Origin: Bacteroidales bacterium | Lineage (GTDB): Bacteria; Bacteroidota; Bacteroidia; Bacteroidales; JAUNSR01 | Assembly: GCA_036655355.1 (NCBI GenBank) | Contig: JAVVQG010000015.1 | Coordinates: 7,406 to 71,405 of the forward strand | Length of the DNA stretch: 64,000 nucleotides | Direction of reading: 5' to 3' | Part shown: positions 46,901 through 55,365 of the stretch, in pieces | Layout: each line of letters begins with the position of its first letter | How positions within the stretch are numbered: position 1 is the stretch's first letter | Program-made: the position numbers and the translations under genes | The notes under the pieces: model-generated | The model's database searches: none | Seen by the model: the letters and a program-made list of their open reading frames with translations, nothing else | What the model was told of the DNA's origin: nothing

Positions 46901-46959
46901 TTGGAATAAAGCGAACTCGTAAGCAGTAATGTGAATACAGAACTAAGTACTTTTCTCAT
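43933..46959 (-). CDS. GH3 beta-N-acetylglucosaminidase (NagZ-like) fused to a beta-lactamase-fold serine hydrolase domain
   Basis: 1008-aa ORF. The N-terminal half has KHFPGHGDT, and the C-terminal half has the SxxK motif ASVSKAS and a YGHTGFTG block. Confidence 0.85.
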   Translation of the reverse strand: MRKVLSSVFTLLLTSSLYSNHVTNFVQETDRAEAMEHWADSVFQTLSTDEKIGQLFMPMVAVRNTPQQKQLLRKYVEEYKIGGILYSKGKTFDQAELTNYTQEHAKVPLFISLDGEWGLSMRLENTTRFPRNMMLGAISNDSLIYAYGEEVGRQCRELGIHINFAPVLDLNSNPENPVIGNRSFGEGLELVTRKSIEYGKGLESNGVMAVGKHFPGHGDTAEDSHFTLPKLAHDSLRMYDYELQPFREFVNAGLSGMLTAHLAVPALDDRQNRPSSLSPKIVSGVLKNELGFTGLIFTDGLAMKGVSSEPNHCVRALIAGNDILLGPVNLGAQVESVRKAVKQGELPMCLVEEKCKKVLRYKYLLGLTDKGLVNIDHLDERLNTRHADLLNRTLHAEAITLLKDDNHVLPIHRLEEKNIHVVNVGNVNVSNGNGGNVNGADSDKGAFESTLEKYGRHQFHAMNAKSAKSTQQEILNATRESNLLIVAISSDKPAEVEFVNNLCAGRKFILVFFQSPYKMSAFAKLIPESEAVLMAYENSDLTGEFAAQALYGGIETKGKLSVSVPDLFPVGTGIRREKSRLGYALPEQERINYDRLMKVEEIIQEGLDEEAFPGCQLLIARNGNIVWEKSYGYVDYTRSKRVENDDVYDLASVSKASGTVAAVMKVRDDYKVKMTSKLSKYIPQLRETDKETLTFREALFHETGMRPGYPFYTLAVDTLHTQMPLFKSKRDETYCLMAAPNSFANKNIVFYPELVSDHQTETHTMHVAEGIFVNPVFRDSIINKTAALPLGKRGKYLYSCLNFVLLRTAVENITKQRLDKYLEKEVFGPLGATLTMYNPLEKLDIVDIVPTEHDLFLRKQVVRGYVHDEIAAYNGGVDGNAGLFSNAAGLAKLFQLFLNEGEYGGDRIYTKETARLFTMTKSPNSRRGMGFDKPNATNPNNSPTPPQVPASAYGHTGFTGTCFWVDPDNRLIYILLTNRVYPHRWNNKISEHSYRGRIQTAIYDALEK

Positions 46960-46996
46960 TTTTATGTTTTTCTAAAAGGATGAAGATGAAAGGTGC

Positions 46997-47764
46997 TTAT
47001 GGAAGCACCTTTACCCTATCGTCAATTTTCGATGTCAGTTCTTTTCCCTGAGCGGTTACGCCTTCTACGTAATTCAACATGACGTCGCGCAAGCGAATAC
47101 CGGTATTGATGCGTTTTTCAGCTTCGGTGAAGACGCTCATCCCGGAGTTTCCGTCCGCCAGGTAGTCGATGGTAGAAACCCAGTAAGAGGCATTCTCATC
47201 CACCGGCTTGCCGTTTACCAGAAGCGACTGCACTTTGTTGTCGCGAATCACAAGCGTACAACCCGACAAACCCTCGCCGCCGATAGCCGCCATGCGTTTG
47301 AATAGCTCGTTCACCTGAATTCCGCTGATTTTCAGCAACACCATTTCATTCTCAAAAGGGAAAACCTTGAAGATGTCCCCCACGGTTACGGGCCCTTCGT
47401 TAATCGGTGCGCGCAAACCGCCGTTATTCATCACGGCCAGCGAAACGGTTCCGTCAACGTATTCCGCTCCCGCCAGACGCAACACATCCGCCGTCAGGTT
47501 GGAGAGAAGGCTCTGTGGTTTCCCTTTGTCGAGCGTTTGGGCAGCATAGCCGATCTGTCTGTTCATCACCGAGTCGATCTGCAGTTTGTAGAAATCGACC
47601 ATCGCTTTCAATTCGGGTTCCACTTTGGAATCGAGTTCGCCGTCGATTTTGATCTGTTCGCATTCAACGCTCTTCACTTCATACTGCTCTTTGTTCTGAC
47701 AAGATGAGAAAAGAAGTACGAAGGCCGATGCAAGGGCTAATATGATTGTTTTAATTTTCAACAT
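46997..47764 (-). CDS. 5'-nucleotidase C-terminal (substrate-binding) domain protein
   Basis: 255-aa lipoprotein-like ORF (LLFSSCQN) with a 5_nucleotid_C-like sequence. It is paired with the upstream metallophosphatase gene. Confidence 0.75.
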   Translation of the reverse strand: MLKIKTIILALASAFVLLFSSCQNKEQYEVKSVECEQIKIDGELDSKVEPELKAMVDFYKLQIDSVMNRQIGYAAQTLDKGKPQSLLSNLTADVLRLAGAEYVDGTVSLAVMNNGGLRAPINEGPVTVGDIFKVFPFENEMVLLKISGIQVNELFKRMAAIGGEGLSGCTLVIRDNKVQSLLVNGKPVDENASYWVSTIDYLADGNSGMSVFTEAEKRINTGIRLRDVMLNYVEGVTAQGKELTSKIDDRVKVLP

Positions 47765-47794
47765 GAGTTTTTGTGTGAAGGGTGATTACTTGAT

Positions 47795-48640
47795 TTATTT
47801 CTTTTCAACTTCGATATCCAGGCGTCCCAAACGGAATCCGCGTCCCATGGTCTGGGTGATGCGCACCGGTTTGCCTTTCTGATTGATCACCTCAACACAA
47901 CCGTCTAAAGCCGTGTGGGTATGTCCTCCGATGATGAGGTCGATATCGGTCGACTGCGCCGCGATATAACGGTCGCCGCTCTTATCGTTCTTGAAATAGC
48001 CCACATGCGAGATCACCGCAACCACGTCACATCCCTGTTCACGCAGTTCGCGGGCGTATTTATTAACTGTTTCCGACGGATCGAGGAATTTGATTCCCTC
48101 AAAGTTCTTTTTCGAAATGAGTCCCTCCGGATCCACTCCGACACCGATGAATCCCACTTTGATTCCGTCCAACTCAATGACAGTCGTTTTCTTTACGTAA
48201 GGCGCAAGCGGTGTTCCGGTTACGTCGTAATTGGCGCAAAGGATCGGAAATTCAGCCATCGCCAGAATTTTGGCCAACGGTTCGAGACCGTTATCGAACT
48301 CGTGATTACCCAACGTGGCCGCTTGATAGCCCAGTTTATTCATCATTTTCACTTCCACTTCTCCTCCGAAGAAATTGTAATAAGGCGTTCCCTGAACGAA
48401 ATCGCCCGCATCCACCAGAATCACATTGGCATTCTCTTTGCGAATCTCTTCGATCGCTACGGCACGACGCAATACGCCCCCCTCGTCGGGATTTCTTGTG
48501 GCCGTGGAAGGATTGGGGTCGATCTGACTGTGCGTATCGTTGGTATGAAGAATAATCACCTCTTTTTCCTGTGCGGAGAGAAGGGTGGTAGTAAACAAAA
48601 ATGCGGCGAAAAAGCCTAATTTACCGAGTTGCTTATACAT
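47795..48640 (-). CDS. Metallophosphoesterase (5'-nucleotidase/UshA N-terminal-type)
   Basis: Motifs HTNDTHS, DAGD, GNHEFD and GGHTH are present. The ORF track starts at 48697, but the Met at 48640 gives a clean signal peptide MYKQLGKLGFFAAFLFTTTLLSAQ. Confidence 0.8.
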   Translation of the reverse strand: MYKQLGKLGFFAAFLFTTTLLSAQEKEVIILHTNDTHSQIDPNPSTATRNPDEGGVLRRAVAIEEIRKENANVILVDAGDFVQGTPYYNFFGGEVEVKMMNKLGYQAATLGNHEFDNGLEPLAKILAMAEFPILCANYDVTGTPLAPYVKKTTVIELDGIKVGFIGVGVDPEGLISKKNFEGIKFLDPSETVNKYARELREQGCDVVAVISHVGYFKNDKSGDRYIAAQSTDIDLIIGGHTHTALDGCVEVINQKGKPVRITQTMGRGFRLGRLDIEVEKK

Positions 48641-48852
48641 AATTAATAGAATAATATTGATATATACAAAGGAAACGGATTTTTGCCTTTTTGACAAGTT
48701 AAAAAGGGAGTAAATTATTTTTTAACCCGTTAGCTATTTGTGTATTTCACAGAAAATTAGTTCCTTTGCGTCGCTTTACGTAATCTCTGGCAGGGAACGC
48801 TACTTGTTTACATTACGCAAAGAAATTATAACTCTATAAATATCTATTAAAG

Positions 48853-49206
48853 ATGGATTTAATTAAAATTGCAGAGGAAGCTTTCGCAACAGGCAAACAG
48901 CATCCTTCATTCAAAAGCGGGGATACAATCACGATCGCTTACCGTATCAAAGAGGGTAACAAAGAACGTATCCAGCAGTACAGAGGCGTTGTAATCAGAA
49001 TCTCTGGTCACGGAACAAAAAAACATTTTACAGTACGTAAAATGTCTGACAACGTTGGTGTAGAACGTATTTTCCCAATCGAATCTCCGTTCATCGAAAG
49101 CATCACCGTTAACAAATACGGTAAAGTACGTCGTGCTAAATTGTACTACCTACGTGCACTTACTGGTAAAAAAGCTCGTATCAAAGAAAGAAGAATCAAA
49201 CAATAA
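48853..49206 (+). CDS. rplS: 50S ribosomal protein L19
   Basis: 117-aa ORF with canonical L19 sequence (FKSGDTI...[10 protein letters not shown]...). Confidence 0.95.
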   Translation: MDLIKIAEEAFATGKQHPSFKSGDTITIAYRIKEGNKERIQQYRGVVIRISGHGTKKHFTVRKMSDNVGVERIFPIESPFIESITVNKYGKVRRAKLYYLRALTGKKARIKERRIKQ

Positions 49207-49227
49207 TTCTTTCCGAGGAATAAAATT

Positions 49228-49263
49228 GCCGCTTAAAGCTCTGCTTTTAGCGGCTTTTTTTGT
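49228..49263 (+). terminator. Intrinsic terminator after rplS
   Basis: Stem gccgct/agcggc followed by T9. Confidence 0.6.
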
Positions 49264-49295
49264 TTATTTTGTTGAAGTTAAATAATTCAACTCAT

Positions 49296-51362
49296 ATGGC
49301 GTCACTCAACTCCTTCCCCGAATTCACTTTTCGCGAAAAACTGATCCGGGTTCTGTTGTTTCTTGTGGCAACAACGGTCATTGTATATTTTCTTCCCAGA
49401 GAAGGAAAATTCAGATATCACTTCCAAGAGGGAAAACCCTGGAAATACGGCCTCTTAACTGCTTCATTCGACTTCCCGGTCTATAAAAACGAGAAGCAGA
49501 TCGCTTTCGAGAAAGACAGTGTTCTAAAGAAATTCCAACCCTATTACAAGATCGACAAAGCGGTTTATAAAACCCAAAGCGAACGGTTGTCTGAGAATTA
49601 CAGTCAGACGTTGCGCCACAAACTAAGTCGCTCCGAATACGATTTCCTACGTAGAAACCTGCGTGAAGTGTACGAAGGGGGCATCATCTCATCGGGTGAG
49701 TTCAACAACCTGCTGCGCGAACAGATTACGGGAATCCGAATCCTGGAGAAGAACATCTCCCGCCAGAAGGCGCTCTCCTCCGTAATGACGATTCGCCAAG
49801 CGTACGAGACGATCCTACAAAACGCCCCGACAGACGAGATGCGCAAACACCTGCGTGCCAGCGATATCAACAACTACCTGCAGGAGAATTTGGTTTACGA
49901 CACCATCACTTCCACCAAAGTGCGTGAAGAGTTGCTGCAGACCATTTCGCAGTCGGACGGATTGGTTCAGGCAGGGGAGCGTATCGTAGACCGAGGCGAA
50001 ATCATCACACCCCAGACTTACAACATCTTACGCTCACTCGAGATCGTGAATCAGAAACGCGCACGCACAACCAGCCAGCAGTCTTTCACGTTGCTCGGAC
50101 AGATTCTGCTCACCCTGATCTTCATGGGAGCGGTGCTGCTTTTCATGGCGCTTTTCAGACCGGAGATGTACCACCGGCTACGCGACGTCGAGGTGGTGTT
50201 TCTGATGATTACCGTCATGACGGTATTGGGCTCCTTCCTGAGCAGTTTCAGGGTATTGAGCATCTACATCGTGCCTTTCGCGATGGTGCCGATTGTGATC
50301 CGTACCTTTTTGGATTCACGCATGGCGTATTTCGCCCACATCATCACCGTCACGCTCTGTGCCTTTATCGCACCGTTCTCTTTTGAGTTCCTGTTGATCC
50401 AGATCGCGGTGGGTGTGACTACGATATTCAGTCTCAAAGACCTGACACAGCGGTCGCAGTTGGTGAAGACCGCCGGATTCGTCTTGCTGACCTACTGCTC
50501 GATCTATGTGGTGTACACCCTCATTACGGAGGGGAGCTGGAGCAAGCTCAACCCGTCGATGTTCGTTTACTTCGCCATCAACTCCACCACGCTGCTGTTT
50601 GCGTACCTGCTGATCTTCATTTTGGAGAAAACGATGGGATTCACCTCGAACGTAACGTTGGTAGAGCTCTCAAACATCAATGCGCCGTTACTCAGAAGGT
50701 TGTCCGAGGAGTGTCCCGGCACCTTCCAGCACGCCCTACAGGTCTCCAACCTGGCTGCACAGGCTGCCATGAAGATCGGAGCGAACGTGCAGATCGTGCG
50801 AACGGGAGCCCTTTACCACGACATCGGGAAGTTGGCTAACCCCTCGTTTTTCACCGAGAACCAGCTGGACATCAACCCGCACAACAACATCACGTTCGAG
50901 CAGAGCGTGAAAATCATAAAATCGCATGTGTTCGAAGGCCTCAAACTGGCTCAGAAGGAGAAATTACCGGATGTGATCACCGCCTTCATCTCCACCCATC
51001 ACGGCGAAGGGAAAATAAAGTACTTCTACAACCTGTGGAAGAACGAGCATCCCGACGAGCCGATCGACGAGAAACTGTTCTCTTACCCGGGGCCCAACCC
51101 CTATACGAAGGAGCAGGCGATCCTGATGATGGCGGACAGTGTGGAAGCGGCTTCGCGCAGTTTGAAAGACTATAGCGATGAAGCGGTTACGACGCTTGTC
51201 AATAAGATCGTGGAGTCACAGATCAACGACGGCATGTTTCGGGATGCGCCGCTGAGTTTCCGTGACTTGGAACGGATCAAAGAGGTTTTCATCGAGCGAT
51301 TAAAGACGATGTATCATGCCCGGATCAGCTATCCGGAACTTAAAAAAGAGAAGAAGGATTAA
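49296..51362 (+). CDS. 7TM-HD (HDIG) membrane phosphohydrolase, PgpH-like
   Basis: The track ORF begins with TTG at 49260 inside the terminator, so the ATG at 49296 is preferred. It has a multi-transmembrane central region and a C-terminal HD domain (ALYHDIGK, STHHGEG). Confidence 0.8.
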   Translation: MASLNSFPEFTFREKLIRVLLFLVATTVIVYFLPREGKFRYHFQEGKPWKYGLLTASFDFPVYKNEKQIAFEKDSVLKKFQPYYKIDKAVYKTQSERLSENYSQTLRHKLSRSEYDFLRRNLREVYEGGIISSGEFNNLLREQITGIRILEKNISRQKALSSVMTIRQAYETILQNAPTDEMRKHLRASDINNYLQENLVYDTITSTKVREELLQTISQSDGLVQAGERIVDRGEIITPQTYNILRSLEIVNQKRARTTSQQSFTLLGQILLTLIFMGAVLLFMALFRPEMYHRLRDVEVVFLMITVMTVLGSFLSSFRVLSIYIVPFAMVPIVIRTFLDSRMAYFAHIITVTLCAFIAPFSFEFLLIQIAVGVTTIFSLKDLTQRSQLVKTAGFVLLTYCSIYVVYTLITEGSWSKLNPSMFVYFAINSTTLLFAYLLIFILEKTMGFTSNVTLVELSNINAPLLRRLSEECPGTFQHALQVSNLAAQAAMKIGANVQIVRTGALYHDIGKLANPSFFTENQLDINPHNNITFEQSVKIIKSHVFEGLKLAQKEKLPDVITAFISTHHGEGKIKYFYNLWKNEHPDEPIDEKLFSYPGPNPYTKEQAILMMADSVEAASRSLKDYSDEAVTTLVNKIVESQINDGMFRDAPLSFRDLERIKEVFIERLKTMYHARISYPELKKEKKD

Positions 51363-51418
51363 CACTCTCAACTCGCTATAACTTATGTGATTTCGTGCCT
51401 TCCTAACTGTTTTTTTAT

Positions 51419-51426
51419 TAATTTTG
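51419..51426 (+). promoter_or_regulatory. Candidate -7 promoter box (TAnnTTTG) for gpmI
   Basis: Reads TAATTTTG, about 120 nt upstream of the gpmI ATG. Confidence 0.35.
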
Positions 51427-51547
51427 CAGCTCTGAATCATAAATATATCGAGATGAAATCGCCACGGCTCACCAAACGAGGTGATACCCGATTACAGGTA
51501 TATGAATGGTGCATTTGACCTTGATGTAAAAAATAAATTATTTACAA

Positions 51548-53074
51548 ATGAAAAAGAAAGCGCTTCTGCTGATCCTCGATGGTTGGGGAAAAGGCAACAA
51601 ATCAAAAGCTGACGTAATCTCTAACACTCCGACTCCATATTGGACTTCTCTTCTTGAGAACTACCCGAACGCAGAACTTCTTACCGACGGCGTGAACGTA
51701 GGTCTTCCTGAAGGACAGATGGGTAACTCAGAAGTGGGTCACCTGAACATCGGAGCGGGACGTGTGGTTTACCAGGATCTTGTGAAGATCAACATGGCTT
51801 GCAAAGAGAATACGATCATGCAGAATCCGGAGGTGAAAGCTGCTTTTGAATATGCGAAAGCGAACGGCAAAAAGGTTCATTTCATGGGTCTTGTTTCAAA
51901 CGGTGGGGTTCACTCCTCTTTGGATCACGTATTCAAATTGTTGGATATCTCGAAAGAATACGGCATTGAAGATACTTTCGTTCATTGTTTCATGGACGGT
52001 CGCGATACCGATCCGAAAAGCGGTTTGGGATTCATCGAACAGCTGGAGGGTCACATGGCTCAATCTACAGGTAAGATCGCTTCCATCATCGGTCGTTTCT
52101 ACGCGATGGACCGTGACAAACGTTGGGAGCGTGTAAAAGAGGCTTACGACCTGCTTGTAAAAGGCGAAGGTAAGAAAGCCGAATCAATGGTGAAAGCGAT
52201 GGAAGAGTCGTACGCTGAAGGCGTAACAGACGAATTCATCAAACCGATCGTTCACGTTGACGCACAGGGCAATCCGCTTGCGACAATCCAGAACGGCGAC
52301 TTGGTGATCTTCTTCAACTACCGTAACGACCGTGCGAAAGAGCTTACCGTGGTATTGACTCAGGAGAACATGCCTGAATTCGGTATGCACACCTTGCCGC
52401 TTTATTTCTGCACAATGACGCCTTACGACTCGAAGTTCGTAGGTCTTCACATCCTTTTCGACAAAGAAAATGTGGTTAACACATTGGGCGAAGTGATTTC
52501 TGAAGCGGGACTTTCTCAGCTACGTATCGCGGAAACAGAGAAATACGCACACGTAACATTCTTCTTTAACGGCGGTCGCGAGGCTGAATACAAAGGGGAA
52601 GAGCGTATCTTGATCCCTTCTCCGAAAGTGGCTACTTACGACCTAAAACCGGAAATGAGCGCATTCGAAGTGAAAGACGCATTGGTGGAAGCTATCAACG
52701 GTGGTAAATTCGATTTCATCGCTTGTAACTTTGCGAACGGCGACATGGTGGGACACACCGGCATTTACGAAGCGATCCAGAAAGCGGTTGAAGCGATCGA
52801 CATCTGTCTACACGACGTGGTGGAAGCTGCCAAAGCAAACGGATACGACGTATTGATCACTGCAGACCACGGAAACGCAGACAATGCAGTAAACGCAAAC
52901 GGTACGCCAAACACGGCTCACTCATTGAATCCGGTACCTTTGGTTTACGTAAGCAACGATAAAAATGCAAAACTTGAAAACGGTAAGTTGGCTGATATCG
53001 CTCCGACAATCCTACACATTCTTGGCGTAGCGAAAGCTCCTGAGATGACCGGTAAAGATTTGATCGAAGGCTAA
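51548..53074 (+). CDS. gpmI: 2,3-bisphosphoglycerate-independent phosphoglycerate mutase
   Basis: 508-aa ORF with [23 protein letters not shown] and a C-terminal ITADHGNAD. Confidence 0.95.
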   Translation: MKKKALLLILDGWGKGNKSKADVISNTPTPYWTSLLENYPNAELLTDGVNVGLPEGQMGNSEVGHLNIGAGRVVYQDLVKINMACKENTIMQNPEVKAAFEYAKANGKKVHFMGLVSNGGVHSSLDHVFKLLDISKEYGIEDTFVHCFMDGRDTDPKSGLGFIEQLEGHMAQSTGKIASIIGRFYAMDRDKRWERVKEAYDLLVKGEGKKAESMVKAMEESYAEGVTDEFIKPIVHVDAQGNPLATIQNGDLVIFFNYRNDRAKELTVVLTQENMPEFGMHTLPLYFCTMTPYDSKFVGLHILFDKENVVNTLGEVISEAGLSQLRIAETEKYAHVTFFFNGGREAEYKGEERILIPSPKVATYDLKPEMSAFEVKDALVEAINGGKFDFIACNFANGDMVGHTGIYEAIQKAVEAIDICLHDVVEAAKANGYDVLITADHGNADNAVNANGTPNTAHSLNPVPLVYVSNDKNAKLENGKLADIAPTILHILGVAKAPEMTGKDLIEG

Positions 53075-53107
53075 TATCGCTTTCTAACACTTAGTTTACA
53101 AATACTT

Positions 53108-53146
53108 AACACGGCGCCGACTATTTTGTGCGCCGTGTTTTTTTTA
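53108..53146 (+). terminator. Intrinsic terminator after gpmI
   Basis: 10-bp stem aacacggcgc/gcgccgtgtt followed by a T-run. Confidence 0.85.
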
Positions 53147-53152
53147 TCTTTG
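53145..53152 (+). promoter_or_regulatory. Candidate -7 promoter box (TAnnTTTG) upstream of the DUF3109-like gene
   Basis: Reads TATCTTTG, about 170 nt upstream of the ATG at 53322. The 14-bp repeat array would lie in the leader. Confidence 0.35.
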
Positions 53153-53228
53153 CACCCGGTTTTACGGATAGCCGTTCAATGATCCGTGAAAATCCGGACA
53201 ACGGAAGTTCATCTTCCTTAGGCTACCA

Positions 53229-53317
53229 CTTAATCCAACCTTATTAATCGAAGCTTATTAATCCAAGCTTATTAATCGAAGCTAATTAATTCAAGCTTAT
53301 TAATTCAACCTTAATAG
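53229..53317. repeat. ~6 copies of a 14-bp tandem repeat (ttattaatcNaagc) ending 5 nt before a start codon
   Basis: Full units lie at 53241, 53255, 53269, 53283 and 53297, with partial units at both ends. Several units contain AAGCTT. Confidence 0.85.
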
Positions 53318-53321
53318 AAAT

Positions 53322-53906
53322 ATGGTTCAAATCGACGATACGATCATCAGTCTTGATGTTTTTGAGAAAGAATTTATCTGTGACCTTGGCGCATGCATGG
53401 GTGGATGTTGCAACGAAGAGGGCGATTCGGGCGCACCGCTCGACGATGAAGAAGTTGCCGAACTGGAAAAAGTCCTTCCGATCGTATGGGACGACCTCTC
53501 TCCTGCCGCTCAGGAAGTGATTCGGGAGCGCGGCGTGGCCTTTCAGGATGAAGACGGCGAATGGGTTACTCCTGTCGTTAACGGAAGAGATTGTGTATTT
53601 ACCTATTACGGGAAAGACGGCATGTGTCTGTGTGCGATCGAGAAAGCGTTCCGCGAAGGGAAAACGGATTATTACAAACCGGTATCGTGTCACCTTTATC
53701 CGATCCGCTGCAAGAAATACCCCACTTTCACAGCCGTAAACTACCACAAATGGCAGATCTGCAAAGCCGCTGAGATTCTGGGACGTAAAGAGGGTGTTAA
53801 AATCTATCGGTTCCTGAAAGAACCCCTCATCCGCAAATTCGGCGAAGCGTGGTATGAACAGATGGAAATCTGCGCGGAAGAGCTGAAAACAATGGAGAAT
53901 AAATAA
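53322..53906 (+). CDS. Cys-rich conserved protein (DUF3109-like)
   Basis: 194-aa ORF with CDLGACMGGCCNEEGDSGAPL and further Cys pairs. The antisense ORF 53286..53924 is judged a shadow. Confidence 0.65.
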   Translation: MVQIDDTIISLDVFEKEFICDLGACMGGCCNEEGDSGAPLDDEEVAELEKVLPIVWDDLSPAAQEVIRERGVAFQDEDGEWVTPVVNGRDCVFTYYGKDGMCLCAIEKAFREGKTDYYKPVSCHLYPIRCKKYPTFTAVNYHKWQICKAAEILGRKEGVKIYRFLKEPLIRKFGEAWYEQMEICAEELKTMENK

Positions 53907-53995
53907 AAATCGGAATAAAGTCACTCTACATCCGAATCGGTGTATTTCCCGAAACGCTCCTCCGTTTTTTACAAAATGATCCTATATAATTACTT

Positions 53996-54189
53996 CTTCA
54001 GTACTCTGAAGAAGGCGCTTCAGTACTCTGAAGAAGGCGCTTCAGTACTCTGAAGAAGGCGCTTCAGTGCTCTGAAGAAGGCGCTTCAGTGCTCTGAAGA
54101 AGGCGCTTCAGTACTCTGAAGAAGGCGCTTCAGTGCTCTGAAGAAGGCGCTTCAGTGCTCTGAAGAAGACGCTTCAGTGCTCTGAAGAG
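53996..54189. repeat. 8.8 copies of a 22-bp tandem repeat, each unit a small hairpin (cttcagtRctctgaag + aaggcg)
   Basis: Units start every 22 nt from 53996. Position 8 is A in units 1-3 and 6, and G in units 4, 5 and 7-9. Unit 8 has one extra substitution. The array is non-coding (22 is not a multiple of 3) and lies between convergent genes. Confidence 0.9.
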
Positions 54190-54310
54190 CCATTTTAAAT
54201 GTTTCTAGAACAGAATTGCTCCTATCAATTCAAATTTTGGTCGTATCGACCACGCTTTTCTTCCGATTACATCTGCTCAAAAGAAATCGGCTCTGATGCA
54301 AATATAGGAA

Positions 54311-54365
54311 AAAAAGAGGAGGCTCTCTGAAAACAAATTGTTTTCAGAGAGCCTCCTCTTTTTTT
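54311..54365. terminator. Bidirectional intrinsic terminator
   Basis: 20-bp perfect stem agaggaggctctctgaaaac/gttttcagagagcctcctct flanked by an A-run and a T-run. It lies between convergent genes. Confidence 0.85.
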
Positions 54366-54394
54366 GGATCGGATTTCCCCGCAAGGAGAATCCA

Positions 54395-55360
54395 TTATTG
54401 CATTTCTGCCAATTGCGCTATTTTTTCAGCCAGAAACTGCTCATACGTATCGATGTAACGCGCTTTCTTTTCAGAGTTGATCTCATCGATCGTGATCAGG
54501 ATTCCCGACTCTTCCACATCGCCGAACTCATCGTTGATCGCCGTATCGAACATCTTCATCGTAGGCGAAAGACTCATATAGGCATTCACCAACGGCGGAA
54601 TATTGTATCCCAGCTGACGCACTTCGGTGTTGAGTACTTTGTAGTTCTCTTTGAAATTATCGTGCGGGAATAATTTGGCCATCTCCTCTTCGTCGGCATT
54701 CGTTTTCAACGGATTGAAGGCCCAGATAAGGTCTTCGTGATCCGGGAAATGCTTCTTCAGGAAGTAAAGGATCATGTTACGACCCCGCTCCGGATAAGAA
54801 GGATACATGGTAAACTTACCGTAGAAATATTTGATTTCGGGGTGATCCACCGCCAAAGCTCCCAAACCGTCCCACAGATTATCCAAAGCGAAAAGACCTC
54901 GGGTTCCGGCTCTTGAAGATTGGTATTCGAGCGTCACAAACGAACGGCCCAACTCAATCGTATAAGGAAGATACTCTTTCATGAATTTTTCGGAGAAGCC
55001 GAACATGTGACCGGTTGCCAATAAGGGCTGACCCTTTTCATCAATCGCCACTTTACTTCCCAGAATATAGCGGTAGCCGCCAAGAATCTCCTCGTCTTCA
55101 GGATTCCATACAATAAGTTGCCAGTATGGCTCCTCCATCGTATCAAACTCATCGATATCAACCGGTTTACCGGTTCCTCCTCCTGCATGACGGAAAGCGA
55201 TTTCTCTCAATCGCCCGATCTCCTGCATCAGATTGGGACAATCCTGAGCTTTAAAGATGTAAATTTCGTTGTTACCTTTTCGGGTAGCACGCAAGAATCT
55301 ATCAGAAGTCAATTCAGATTTTAAGATCTCCTTATCTATAGGAGAAATGATCTCTTCCAT
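54395..55360 (-). CDS. GNAT-fold N-acyltransferase (OlsB/GlsB-like, hemolysin-like) for N-acyl amino-acid lipid synthesis
   Basis: The track ORF starts at 55414 and would overlap the upstream gene. The Met at 55360 (MEEIISPIDKEIL) leaves a 5-nt gap. It is paired with an acyltransferase gene, as in Bacteroidales glycine-lipid loci. Confidence 0.6.
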   Translation of the reverse strand: MEEIISPIDKEILKSELTSDRFLRATRKGNNEIYIFKAQDCPNLMQEIGRLREIAFRHAGGGTGKPVDIDEFDTMEEPYWQLIVWNPEDEEILGGYRYILGSKVAIDEKGQPLLATGHMFGFSEKFMKEYLPYTIELGRSFVTLEYQSSRAGTRGLFALDNLWDGLGALAVDHPEIKYFYGKFTMYPSYPERGRNMILYFLKKHFPDHEDLIWAFNPLKTNADEEEMAKLFPHDNFKENYKVLNTEVRQLGYNIPPLVNAYMSLSPTMKMFDTAINDEFGDVEESGILITIDEINSEKKARYIDTYEQFLAEKIAQLAEMQ

Positions 55361-55365
55361 ATAAA

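Noticed and set aside
46989-47012. 10-bp-stem hairpin (aaaggtgctt/aagcaccttt) overlapping the stop codon of the 5'-nucleotidase C-domain gene; a possible terminator.
   Set aside because: No U-tract follows on the coding (minus) strand, and the next same-strand gene starts 38 nt downstream. It is more likely an incidental or attenuating structure, so I did not list it as a terminator.
51453-51518. 21-codon upstream ORF (MKSPRLTKRGDTRLQVYEWCI*) and a small hairpin in the ~120-nt gpmI leader; a possible leader peptide or riboswitch.
   Set aside because: No regulatory-codon run, no recognisable riboswitch core, and no terminator/antiterminator pair could be seen. It is indistinguishable from chance.
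53996-54189. A regular 22-bp repeat array that could be mistaken for a CRISPR array.
   Set aside because: The units are directly contiguous with no spacers. The period is 22 nt, not ~60-70 nt. No cas genes are nearby. It is a simple tandem repeat.
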